Assembly (NCBI GenBank): GCA_020536535.1
Contig: JAHLWZ010000734.1
Coordinates: forward strand, 4,016 to 68,015
Length of the DNA: 64,000 bases
Direction: 5' to 3'
Origin: Pelomyxa schiedti
Taxonomy: Eukaryota > Protista > Evosea
This document shows positions 53,995 through 64,000 of this stretch, one piece after another. The first letter of the stretch is position 1. Each line of letters opens with the position of its first letter. Under the pieces are notes generated by a model that saw nothing but the letters and a program-made list of their open reading frames with translations, had not been told where the DNA came from and searched no databases. The translations under genes were made by a program, and so were the position numbers.

Positions 53995-54155
53995 ACGCAG
54001 GGGTTAATGCTAGGAAACCCGTTTCCATTGAGGAGGTTAGAGTAAGCTTCTGCCGGCGCACTAGTGGCGGAGTTGTGTTGAGCGTTTGTTCCGCGACCCA
54101 CAGGGTGCGAGATCGAATCCGGGGCTTACGGCCCCACCGACAGTTCTTTTTGTTT
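53995..54155 (+). ncRNA. Candidate structured Pol III-type RNA or tRNA-derived element
   Basis: A-box-like TGGCGGAGTTG (54065-54075), B-box GATCGAATC (54111-54119), several GC hairpins, terminal GGGGC-TTACG-GCCCC hairpin followed by T runs. Confidence 0.3.
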
Positions 54156-54345
54156 TTTTTTGGGGAGATTGAGGTGAGGGAGGAAGGAACAAGGAGGAGG
54201 AGGTGTAACAAATTATAATGATGCCACACCCCTCTCATGAGAAAACACAGACCCAGACCCCCAAACAAGCACACCACTTATAAATATTAATAAATAAGCC
54301 TTTGCTTGTGCTTGTTTCCAAAAAATAGTTGTTTATGGAAACTGT

Positions 54346-56956
54346 TTACAAGTCATCATTTGTTACCAGGGGGGAAAGGAATTGATTGGATGAGAGTTGT
54401 TGTGGGGTCTGGGATCGGCTGCTTAGCATGTTGGCTTTCCATGTTGATGCACCTTTGGCTATCCACTGCTTCTTGAATTTGTAGTGAAGTACTAGCTGCA
54501 CCACAACTGCAATTACGATAATGAGAAGAGCCACTCCTATTCCAATCCCCACATAGACGGCAGTGTTCAGGGGCTCTGGTTTTTTGGTATAAGTGTTTCT
54601 TAAATCAATGTTAGCTGTGTACCCTTTTTACACGCCACGCCGGTATCAGTAGTGATTGTTGAGTAGCCTGATTGACATCTTTTTTGTGTTAAAGTTGTTA
54701 AAATGAAGTGCAGATTCTCTGCAAACACACATGCACTGTAAATGGCTGATAGACCCGGTCTCAGTAGTGGAGGAGTGGTCGGGGCACTTGGTGCATGAAG
54801 TGGCCCCTTCCTCTTCTGCATATGTTCCCTTCTCACAAATATCACAGAAAGATGTTCCCTGATGTTTTTTGAATGAAAGAAACCGAGTATAACTTGTACA
54901 TTAAATGGAGCATAGGTGCCTGGACTGCACAGAATACATGAAGTTGCATTTGTGGATGGAGCCGACCCTGCAGCACACTTCTGGCATTCTCCAGGCCCAG
55001 GCCAGTCCTTTACACAACCTTTAAAACTGTTTGACTTGATTTGTTTAATATTCAGCTGGGAGAAAACCAGATGGGCATGGAGCACATATAACACCAGCCT
55101 CCACTGAGAAAGTACTGGTATAATTAATGGTTATAAAAGAAGTAATAAAAGTCAAATACCCTATGGGGCAAGGCTCACAGAAATATGTGATACTTGGTTG
55201 TTGTCCAAGAGGGCAGCTCATGCATGTATTTGCTGAAACATTAAAAAACAATCCTTCAGTACACGAATCCAGAGAAAATTGTCCGAGATCTAGAATTCCG
55301 GCAACGTACCTTGTCATAAATGAGATTTGAGTGCTGGAGAGTTTACCCACCAATCCATCTCTTTGAGTTCTTCATCTGATAGGTAGGACCCTTCAGGAAT
55401 GCGTAAAATGCCATCTATATCATATATTGGGCCAACAAATGGATTTTCACCATTTACAATGTTGTCCTTGGCAGCTTCCAGCTGTGCCTATTTAGACAAA
55501 GAAAAGGAAAGATCGGCATACCAATGCAGAAAAAATGGTAGGTACTAACTGGGATGTAGCTGAGAGGTCACACATGCCCTCTGATATCCCTTCCCATAAG
55601 TCAAGGTTGGGTATCCACTAAGGTGGGTGTGTAAGTTTGTTAGGAAGGAGTGCTCTTACAGAATGGTTCAGGACACTAAGTGCGAAGTTATAGTAGGTAG
55701 ATCCCCATCTATAATGGTCAATGAAAGTTGAGGGGAAAATTAGGTACAAAAACATAGGTGATGTAAGCACAGTATTGCCAATGAATGTTGTCATGTCAGA
55801 ATTAAACCTGAAACCAGTCACTTGGCAATAACGGGAATAAAGGCACACCCAATAGAAAATAGTGACACATCATGAAACGCTTCCTGGGCAGTAATTGAAT
55901 CAGTACTTTGAGCAAGAAGTGAGCAACCCATTGCAACAAATTTCCATGCGGCCATTAATTCAACTGAGATGGAAATTGCATCCCCAGAAAAATACATTGT
56001 AATGGTTGTTTACCTTCTGGGTTCCCGTATGAGTTTATCCATAGTGCAGCAATCTGCGCATCCTTTGCATATTTCTGCACACCAAGCACAAATGAGTTTA
56101 ACCCTCTAATATCTTCTGTTTCTGGAAAAGAATAAATCTTGATGGTTTTTTGAGTTGGTAAATAAATGCCAGTTAGAAACGTCACTAAAGGAAAAAAGTA
56201 CAAAACATAAAGAGCCTGAAGATCTCATAACACCAGCCAAAAGACCACTGAGATAAGTAGGTTCTTCAATTTTTGACATTGCAGTTGCAAAATTCCCGTG
56301 GGAAGACTTTGCATATCCTGATATCTAATAAAAAAAAAAAAAAAAGGTAAATGAACGAAATGGAATAGAAAATGTAACTACATGCACAAAATATATCTGG
56401 GGATAGCATTCAGCGAGAGCAAGAGCTGCATCACCCTGGCCAAAACTGCACACCTCCCAGGGAAGAAAGGTAAAATATAAATGGCTTTGTTCGTGCTTCT
56501 TTGAGAGAACCTTGTGGCAATAATGAGCTTGCAGTTCTCTTCTTTCATGAGCTTATATATTGCAGCAATACTTTGGTTGTGTGTTATCACATTGTCAACA
56601 TAATGTGTTTGCACTTCATCAGGAAGTGAATACTGTAAAAACAATCTTCCCATAATAAGAGAAAAAGTGAAGCCAAAGTAATACAAGTAATACCTTCCTT
56701 TATCGTGCTGGAGGTTCCAACCCAGATCATTTGGTTGACCGAGGAACAAGAACCCAACATGCAGAACGCCACTTACATATCCAGTTGGGTTGTAACTGGT
56801 GTCACACACACTGGTGCCCACATCGTCGGCAGCACAAACACTAATACCTTTGCACCTTGAGTGAGAACAAGGATGTGTGCCACCAGCAAAATAAAACAAA
56901 CCTATTCCTGATAGGCCCACCACAAATAGCACAACAATGGCGTGCGTCAGATCCAT
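54346..56956 (-). CDS. Type I membrane protein: BMP/PnrA-like solute-binding domain, Cys-rich (GCC2/GCC3-like) repeats, TM helix and short tail; spliced
   Basis: VGFLFLGQPNDLGWNLQHDKGR, YLSGLLAG, PETEDIRGLNSFVLGV, FNSDM, DLWEG; CMSCPLG, CEPCPIG, CAPCPSG, CILCSPGTY, CDICEKGTY; TM GIGIGVALLIIVIAVVV. Confidence 0.8.
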
Positions 56957-57096
56957 ACAACACTATGACGTGGAGCCAAGGACTGTTGTGGTCGTAGATT
57001 CGGGAGTCGCTGAACCCCAGATCGTGTGGACAAACGTGTATGAATCTCGTCCGAAAGTTTGATTTTTTCAAAAGTTATCGTTTTTCATATTTTGGC

Positions 57097-59696
57097 TTAG
57101 GGAAATTGCACGAGGACAGCGGGGTCAATGTTGGAGTGGTGCTTCAGGAATTCTCCCGGGGAGATACCACACCGGTCAAGGTGATATCCAATGGAGTCAT
57201 GGCAGTCCAAAAGGGCCTCTGCTAGGTCGACAAGCGGCATTGGAAAGGAGGAGCTGGTGGGGGTGCCTACGCGACCGCCGTGGGTGATGTATGTGGCCCA
57301 GGCCATGCACTGAGTGGAGTAGCAGTCCATGATGGATACCTGACCCAGTGGACGTTTAAGAAGCCAGTTTAATGCAGCCAGATGCTCCAGGGTTGAGAAG
57401 TATACTGCGACAGAATACATGGTCATTGGGCAGGAGCCAGGAGACTCCGGGGTACTGGAAGGAATCAGCTCCGGCATAGAATGTAATAGTGCTTGTAGCA
57501 TCAGACTTAGTGCACAGCAAGGATCAATCGCTTGCCTGTTTTTCAGAAACGTGATTGCAGTCCAAGCCATAGCTAAAGGGCCTTTTTCAAGTACACTTGT
57601 CACTGGAGTGCCGCTTGTGGTCCTGGGGGTTGCGGGAGTTGGGGGGCTGCCAGGGGTGGTCATTTCAGGAAGAGTGGTGGTGTAGGGTTTCTTAGTCCTG
57701 TTTTTGGTCACTTTCTTGTTAACATCTTTCCAGGTAGAGATTATATGGGTGGAGCCATCTTTTGGGGAATAAGTCGACGCAGTGGATCCCTTAGCTATTA
57801 AGCAGTGAGCCTTAAAAAAAAATGACAAGGCAAGATAACCTGAGCAGTATTCACAAAAAAAAGACCACTCCTTAACTACAACATTTGAGAGAAATAAAAC
57901 TTGGGCAAGGGCTTTTCTCAAGGGCTTTGTCACGGTAAAAATCAGGTTTCTGCCTGGAATGTTGGTAGATACATAGTTGTAAAACGTTGGGCATAGAAGG
58001 TTCCGTATAATCTTGGGTGTGTCATCGGAAAGAACCAGGCTTACAACATCGGTTTTCATGTCACCCGTTCTTCTTCGCCTTGCTTCCATTGGATTGCTTG
58101 GTTGAACCAGTTTGTAGCTTCGCTCAAATTTCTCACCTCTGTCGTGAACGTAGCTGGCAACGTCGAGTATTTCGCGAGTGAGCAAGATCGCTGGATGCAA
58201 ATTACTTTTGGCGCGCTTCGTGCCTCCTGTTGTGGCGGGGGTGACCGGGCAAGAAACCAATTTCCCTAGAGGTGCAGCGGAAGGACGCTTCACTTCATCT
58301 GAAAGGTCTCTCGACGAATAATTCTTCAATTCGGTACAAAGTTCCTGGTAGGAAGATGTAATGTAATCATTTCCTGCAAGACATGATAATAAGGGAAGAT
58401 GTGATTCCGGTAGCTGCAAATATTGTCTCAATTCACTCCTGCTTAATTTTACTACAGGAAAGTCAAATTCCAAAAGAAACATACTTTGCCACCATTTCAA
58501 CTGAAAAGTTGCTCTTAAAATTAGCTGTCAAGCACAAAAACCATTTTTCAACTCCAGGGAAAATGATTGTGTCACTATCTGGTGAGAGGATTCCGAGTGC
58601 TTTGTATTTTGCGCAAAGGAAGGCTGCCTCTTGGTCAGCCTCATAGGCAGCAAAAGACACCTGGGTGCAAGTCATCTTAATTAATATAAATCTTGGATTA
58701 GCACTATGCAGCCCGCTGTACTGAAAGTGTCGGCCATTATTTGCATTTGGGCTTCACGCCTAAGCCACATAGATTTTCGCCCTTTGCACTCATGATCGAT
58801 ATAACAGTGGGTACATAAAAGCCTGGTCTCGGTATTACTTTCTATTGTACTTGTTAGTGAGTTTTACTTTTTATTAATTTACCTGAGCAAGAGGACACAT
58901 ATGTTGTGTTCGGGCTGGAGCTTTTGGTGCCTATTGAAGTGAGCGGAATCAACATTGACAGCGCATACCAAAAGTCTGCGGACCATCTTTTTCTGCAAGT
59001 TTCATGTTTTTTCTGCCTTTCCTTTTCTTGCCTTGGTGCGGTGGCGCAGGAGTGTCACTCTACGAAGTATTAGTCAAATTAAGTTAACAGTAATTATACC
59101 TCAGTTTAGACTTGCATCGGTACATCAGTAGGAGAAGTATCGCCTTTGTAATGTTAATCAAGAAAAAGACTGTTATCGTAAACACCAGTGTGAGAATTTC
59201 TCCTTGCTTTCTTGGCAGGTGTCACTGCTGCCAGCTGGGGAGCGCTTTGGCGCTTTGACCCAGCTAGTTTCGGTTCAAGATTTGCAGTTTTGCAGTCACT
59301 GTGACTGGGTACTTTCAGGAATCTCCTCTCCCATTGTTCCACTTTTTCGTCTGTAATCCCTCCGTCGAACACTACAATCAAAGTGATTCCGAGCTCTCGC
59401 CATGTCTTGACGAAAGCTTGAATTCCAGAGCACAGTTCCTCTAGAGTGCAGTTTTTCCCGTCGTTGGTCTGGAACCAGTACACCAACCCAGGGGCATCAA
59501 CCACCAAGTACGTAGGTCCAGTGCTCTTCTCGGCTTCCGCACGGAAATTTTCTGGGCGCCAGACTCGGGCCAGCCCCTCTTTGCGGAGCAGAGTTGTAAG
59601 ACCTGTGTTGGGAGAGTAAAAGCTGATGTTAAGACAACGGGATTATGCAACGCAACCAAGAATAAGAAAAAATATTACAGTACCCAGTACACCCAT
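57097..59696 (-). CDS. Asteroid/FAM120-like XPG/FEN1-family PIN-domain protein, spliced
   Basis: MGVLG/LTT, VVDA, VVFDG, YEADQE, SPDSDT, LAGNDY. Confidence 0.8.
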
Positions 59697-60134
59697 CCTC
59701 TTGGTTACGCGAGGTGTCTAGACTGTTTGAATAAAAAAAAAGAAGGAGCCGGCGAACGGGCGCAGTAAAAAACAAACAAGTTCAAAGTTACACTTCGAGG
59801 CGCCTTCTGTTTCGAAGAATCCTTATTTGAAATTGGAAAAACTAAACCGAAATTGGAACAGCCCTAGTGAGATTTCTTTGTCAACCCAAAAGAGGGGCGG
59901 CACACAACCCAAAAAAGGGCCCTTCGCCTAACCTTCAAATTTTCATCGAATTACTTACAATTGCCAATTCCACAACCGGGAAAAGGCGCAACTGTTAGAA
60001 GAAATCTCGGGGGTTTCCATTTCAAACAAATGGGTTTTGTTTTCTCGCCTTTGTGTTTCGGTTGTTGAAAGGATTCTTCGAAACCAAAACTTTCCTTGTA
60101 GTCGAACTTTTTTTTTTTACTTGATCTTACAAAA

Positions 60135-60826
60135 TCATCGTCCATCTTGCGGACGTGATTGAGGTTGTAGTTGCCTTGCTGGTGGATTTGAAATGTTGCC
60201 AATAGGCACTAAACCTGACATTGCAGCTGCACCAGAAATAGGAGCAGAGCCAGGAGGATGGCCCCAGATAATGTCACTCCTTCTGGTTTCTGGTGTGTCC
60301 GAGAATGTCTATATAGAATTCATGAAAAAAAGAGTGGAACGAGAGGGGTATGACAAACCATTGTGAATTCGCCAATTCGCTGAAGAGAACCTGTCTTCGA
60401 TGTGACTAGTTGTATACGACCATTCCACAGTGTTGTTGTGCCACCACGCATGCAAATAATATCAGATGGTTGAATCGTATCCCCGGAATCCCAAATACAA
60501 GCGATAACAGTCCCCGAATTGTCTGCAACCTGAAAACACTTGTCAAGATGGTTCGGTGGTAACGGTAACAAACCAGGAACGAGTGTACCACATGTCCCTC
60601 CTTGGATGGTTTTTGGTCTTTCTTCTCCAGGACGATAAATGTGCACTCCACATTAAACAATCCAGGAATAAGGTCACAAATACGATACTGTTGAAATCAG
60701 AAGAGGGAAAAAGGGGAAAAAAGGGGGAAAAAGGGGAAAAAAACACACGGGTTTGGAGGCGTGGTATCCACCTTGTATTAGTGGTTTGTTGTTTATCGGC
60801 ACCGCGCCAGACTGTTGTGCGTTCAT
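60135..60826 (-). CDS. SOSS complex subunit B / NABP OB-fold ssDNA-binding protein, spliced
   Basis: NVECTFIVLEK...HSFL/VADNSGTVIACIWD....IQPSDII.MRGG.TTLWNG..QL....GSLQRIGEFTM.F. Confidence 0.85.
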
Positions 60827-61325
60827 CCTCGCCGTAACACCACACTCCTCGCCAACCACACCACACTCCCCTAATTGTGTTCTGGTTTGTCTCGAATGTT
60901 ACCGTCACTACGTTCTCCGGAAACCACTCACGTGTTGCCCTCAACTACACTCATGTCTTTGGAAAGAAAAAAAGACCAAATCACTCGTTGCTTCGCTGCC
61001 TGAGCCACCCCTGGTACCTTGCTCCCAAGAACCTCAGAGGAGATTCTCTTGCAGACGGGAGAAATGGATGATGTCACTGCCTCAGGTGGGTAACACCTTG
61101 GGATAGAAAAAAGGATGAACAGGTTTCATTTCTATATTTCGGGCCCAAAAGGGCCAGAGTCGCAGTTGGCTCAGGAGATGATGTCACTTGAATAGATCAG
61201 GGACCTGTTGCATACGGGTAATTAATTTTTTGTTCTTCTCTTTTTTTTCTTTTTCGTGTAGTCGCCCGTATCGGCTCTTATCGGCACCCCGTGCAAGTCA
61301 CCCATCGCGTTTTTTTTGCTACAAA

Positions 61326-62324
61326 ATGAGGCTCATTAAACACTCATCGGAGGTCCTCATTCCCGACGGAGGTGCGACCAACCAAACGAACCAAAAAAAA
61401 CACAGCAACATCGCATGTTGATTTTGCGACGTAGATCTCATGGTCAACGAGATCCACGTCACAAACACAAACACGAAACAAAACGACTGCCGCCACGCAC
61501 GACCGCACGACTAACACACACTCCACAAATTAATAAAAAACCAAGCAACGCAAAAACGCTGCGCCTACTATGTCGAAACACTCACCCTTTTAAAAGTCAA
61601 GATAAGCATCAAGTCACGACACGTGACCGTTTCCGGGCCACGCGGAAAACTGACCAAGGACTTCTCCCACACCAATTTGGACATTCAAAAAGTTCGCGTC
61701 GGCAAGAAGTTCAAACTCGTCGTCGACATGTGGTTCGGCAGACGCAAACAACTCGCAGCTGTCCGCACAGTTTGCACACACATCGAAAACATGATCACCG
61801 GAGTTACCAAGGTTTGTCTGTTTCTTCTAACTGCATAATGTATTTTTATAGACTCAGTTTTTACTTTTTTTTTTGTTTATTATGTTTGGGTTTGACACAG
61901 CAAATATTAACCGATGCTTTTTGTAGGGATACGAGTACAAGATGAGATTTGTTTATGCTCACTTTCCCATCAACTCTTCAATCTCTGAGGATGGCAAGGA
62001 ACTCAAGATCAACAATTTCCTTGGCGAGAAAGTCCAAAGAGTTTGCGACATGCCACAGGGTGTTACTGTAGCCCGAAGCGAGAAGGTCAAGGACGAGATC
62101 ATTCTCCAAGGCAATTCCATTGAGCTTGTTTCCCAAGCAGGTTTGTTTCATTATTCCCTCCTTTTGCCCTGTAGCGTTAAAACTTTAAATACTTGTACCC
62201 ATCCTTACTCATTTGCTTTTTTGCAGCCGCCCGAATTCACCACTCCACACAAGTCAAGGGCAAGGATATTCGAAAGTTCTTGGACGGAATCTACGTGAGC
62301 GAGAAGCATGTTATTGGGGAGTAA
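61326..62324 (+). CDS. RPL9: 60S ribosomal protein L9 (uL6), 3 introns
   Basis: [16 protein letters not shown]...[14 protein letters not shown]...[27 protein letters not shown]...[15 protein letters not shown]. Confidence 0.96.
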
Positions 62325-62525
62325 ACAACTGCTCCTTACCTTGTCACCATTTTCTTGTTCTTTTCATGTTTTGTTCCCCTTTTTTAGAAAATGAGGGTAA
62401 TACGATGAAACCTACACCACGTCTTGTTTTTTTTTTCTGGGTGTTAGTACAGGCCTGTACTTACCAAGACCCTCAAGATAAATCAAGGACTACGAATAAG
62501 AAAAAAAACCGACGAGTAACTGACA

Positions 62526-63499
62526 ATGGACAAACCACGGCATTGGTTCACGGTCTCGATAGAGTCGCAGGGTTGTGGAGTTCGTTTCGGTTGCTCTTTG
62601 TGTGTTCTGACTTGTTTGTCTTGGTCGACGCAGGGCAGTTTGAGGACCTGGCCAAGTTCGAGGCACGTCGTAAGGCAGAGCTGACGGTGCTGGCCGCCTA
62701 CCACCCTCGTTGTGGTGCACACAGGTACTGCCAAAAAAAAAACATGTTTTTGTTTTGCTTTGTTTTTGTGTTTTCGGTTGTTGTTTCGAAGTTTTTTTTT
62801 TTTTGGTTGTCGTGGGATTGAGCTTGTGATACAAATGTGGAAGTACTCTCCCTGCACTGCCTGTACATGTAACACGATGGATACTGGAAATGTTACGCCC
62901 GAATACAATAAATGCGTGCTGCTCGAGAGGTTAGGGCCATTCGTTTTTTTTTTAATGATAAAACCTAAATCCTCCTGCTGCAACTCGTCTAATTGGGAAG
63001 TAGTGAGCCGAAACACAAGTGGATATGTTATATGTATCCCTGATAAATCTGGTGGGATTGTTCTTGCCGAAGAAGGACCCCCAGCATACTTTGGGTCCTG
63101 GGCTTCATTTGTTCAACGTCTACCAGCTGACCAATGTGTTTTGGCTGTAGCAAATTTCTTCTACAAGCAGGCCTTTGATGTATTCCATTGTACTATGCGG
63201 AATTCACTTATATTTACGAACCTCCAGGACCCACCTCATCATACTGGTGAAATTGTGTCCAAAAAAATATCAGTACTCTGGTCTCCAACAGCGGCTCACT
63301 CTCTCAAAGATAAATTTGTACTATGCAGCACCAGAGAGTCTTTCCTCCGGAATATGTTTGGCTCTGACAGCCCGATTCAGGCAATGCCTACCCTGTCCAA
63401 TTCATGCACAAAACTAACTACTATAATCATTAGATGCAAGCCAGCGAGCCTGAACAACTCGGCTTTGAAGAAGTTCTGGACAAGTTGTATAGAACGTAG
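62526..63499 (+). CDS. ADF/cofilin-like domain protein with an N-terminal HPRCG..S.L..LP helical motif, spliced
   Basis: Spliced read LAAYHPRCGAHSTLPALPVHVTRWILEML; then WASFVQRLPADQCVLAVANF...SKKISVLWSP.....KDKFVLCSTRE...IQ/MQASEPEQL, an ADF-H pattern. Confidence 0.65.
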
Positions 63500-63723
63500 A
63501 ACACAGCATATATACCTAGGACACCCAGATTTAACAATCTGGCACCCGTTTTATACTTACTCCAGGGAATGCCACATCCACACAGCCCAGCAAAAACAAC
63601 AACATGTAATACCACTTTCTCACAAGACCAGACACCGCCCAGCAACAAATTGGTCCAATACCTTTCCTAAAAAAGCCGCAGGGCCGCGCCCAAAAGCCGA
63701 AAAAAAGCAACATTTGCTTCCAA

Positions 63724-64000
63724 ATGTCAACGGGCGGCAGCGGTGCGGGCTTGTTGCGGCCGCAGCGCTCGAAGAAGCAGCTGGCGGTGTCTTCCTTCGA
63801 CGTGACGGCGCGCCGCGAGGCGTCGCCTACGTCCGTGCCCACCACTACGTTGACGGCGAGGCCACCCGCCGTAGTGGTCGTCGAGCCGGCGGCGTGCGGG
63901 TCCGGGATGATGATAGTGACTACCAAGAGGGCCGCCGCCTCCACGGTTATGGGTGGAGGAAGCGGGAACGATCCTGCCGCGCCTTCCCATAATGACGGGG
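63724..64000 (+). CDS. 5' end of a gene running off the window; low-complexity N-terminus
   Basis: ATG after an A-rich leader; frame MSTGGSGAGLLRPQRSKKQL... is open to the window end; GC-rich like other first exons here. Confidence 0.5.
   Translation, partial: MSTGGSGAGLLRPQRSKKQLAVSSFDVTARREASPTSVPTTTLTARPPAVVVVEPAACGSGMMIVTTKRAAASTVMGGGSGNDPAAPSHNDG

Noticed and set aside
54060-54135. Canonical tRNA or RNase MRP RNA
   Set aside because: No acceptor or anticodon stems can be formed, and no GAAAGTCCCC partner for the GGGGCT segment is present.
62712-63992. 426-aa ORF as a single protein
   Set aside because: It reads through introns, the cofilin-like gene, intergenic DNA and an off-frame part of the next gene.

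Overview
Gene-dense eukaryotic DNA with many short (mostly 40-70 nt) spliceosomal introns and poly(A)/poly(T) tracts, so the ORF track shows exon fragments rather than whole genes. About 29 protein-coding genes were reconstructed by hand. They include Hsp104/ClpB, an equilibrative nucleoside transporter, a DUSP-USP deubiquitinase, Rab2, exportin-7, proteasome beta5, a membrane PDE, homoserine kinase, three further small GTPases, a nicotinamidase-like hydrolase, a DEAH helicase, an asteroid/XPG-like protein, SOSS-B and RPL9. The content suggests an anaerobic protist; an archamoeba such as Pelomyxa is my inference and is not established by the sequence. Top result: an intron-containing glycyl radical enzyme with the motifs of bacterial trans-4-hydroxy-L-proline dehydratase HypD (49600-52519, minus). 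It sits head-to-head, 75 bp apart, with its radical-SAM activating enzyme (52595-53759, plus), which looks like a complete prokaryote-derived anaerobic hydroxyproline module naturalised in a eukaryote. Other highlights: two divergent Cys-rich surface-protein paralogues joined by a perfect 68-bp inverted repeat (one GPI-type, one without an anchor); a receptor-like protein built on a bacterial BMP solute-binding domain; an intron-containing DUF2284 gene; a Pol III-like structured RNA candidate; and a hairpin pair in RPL9 intron 1. Exon boundaries are manual and family calls come from recalled motifs, not database searches.
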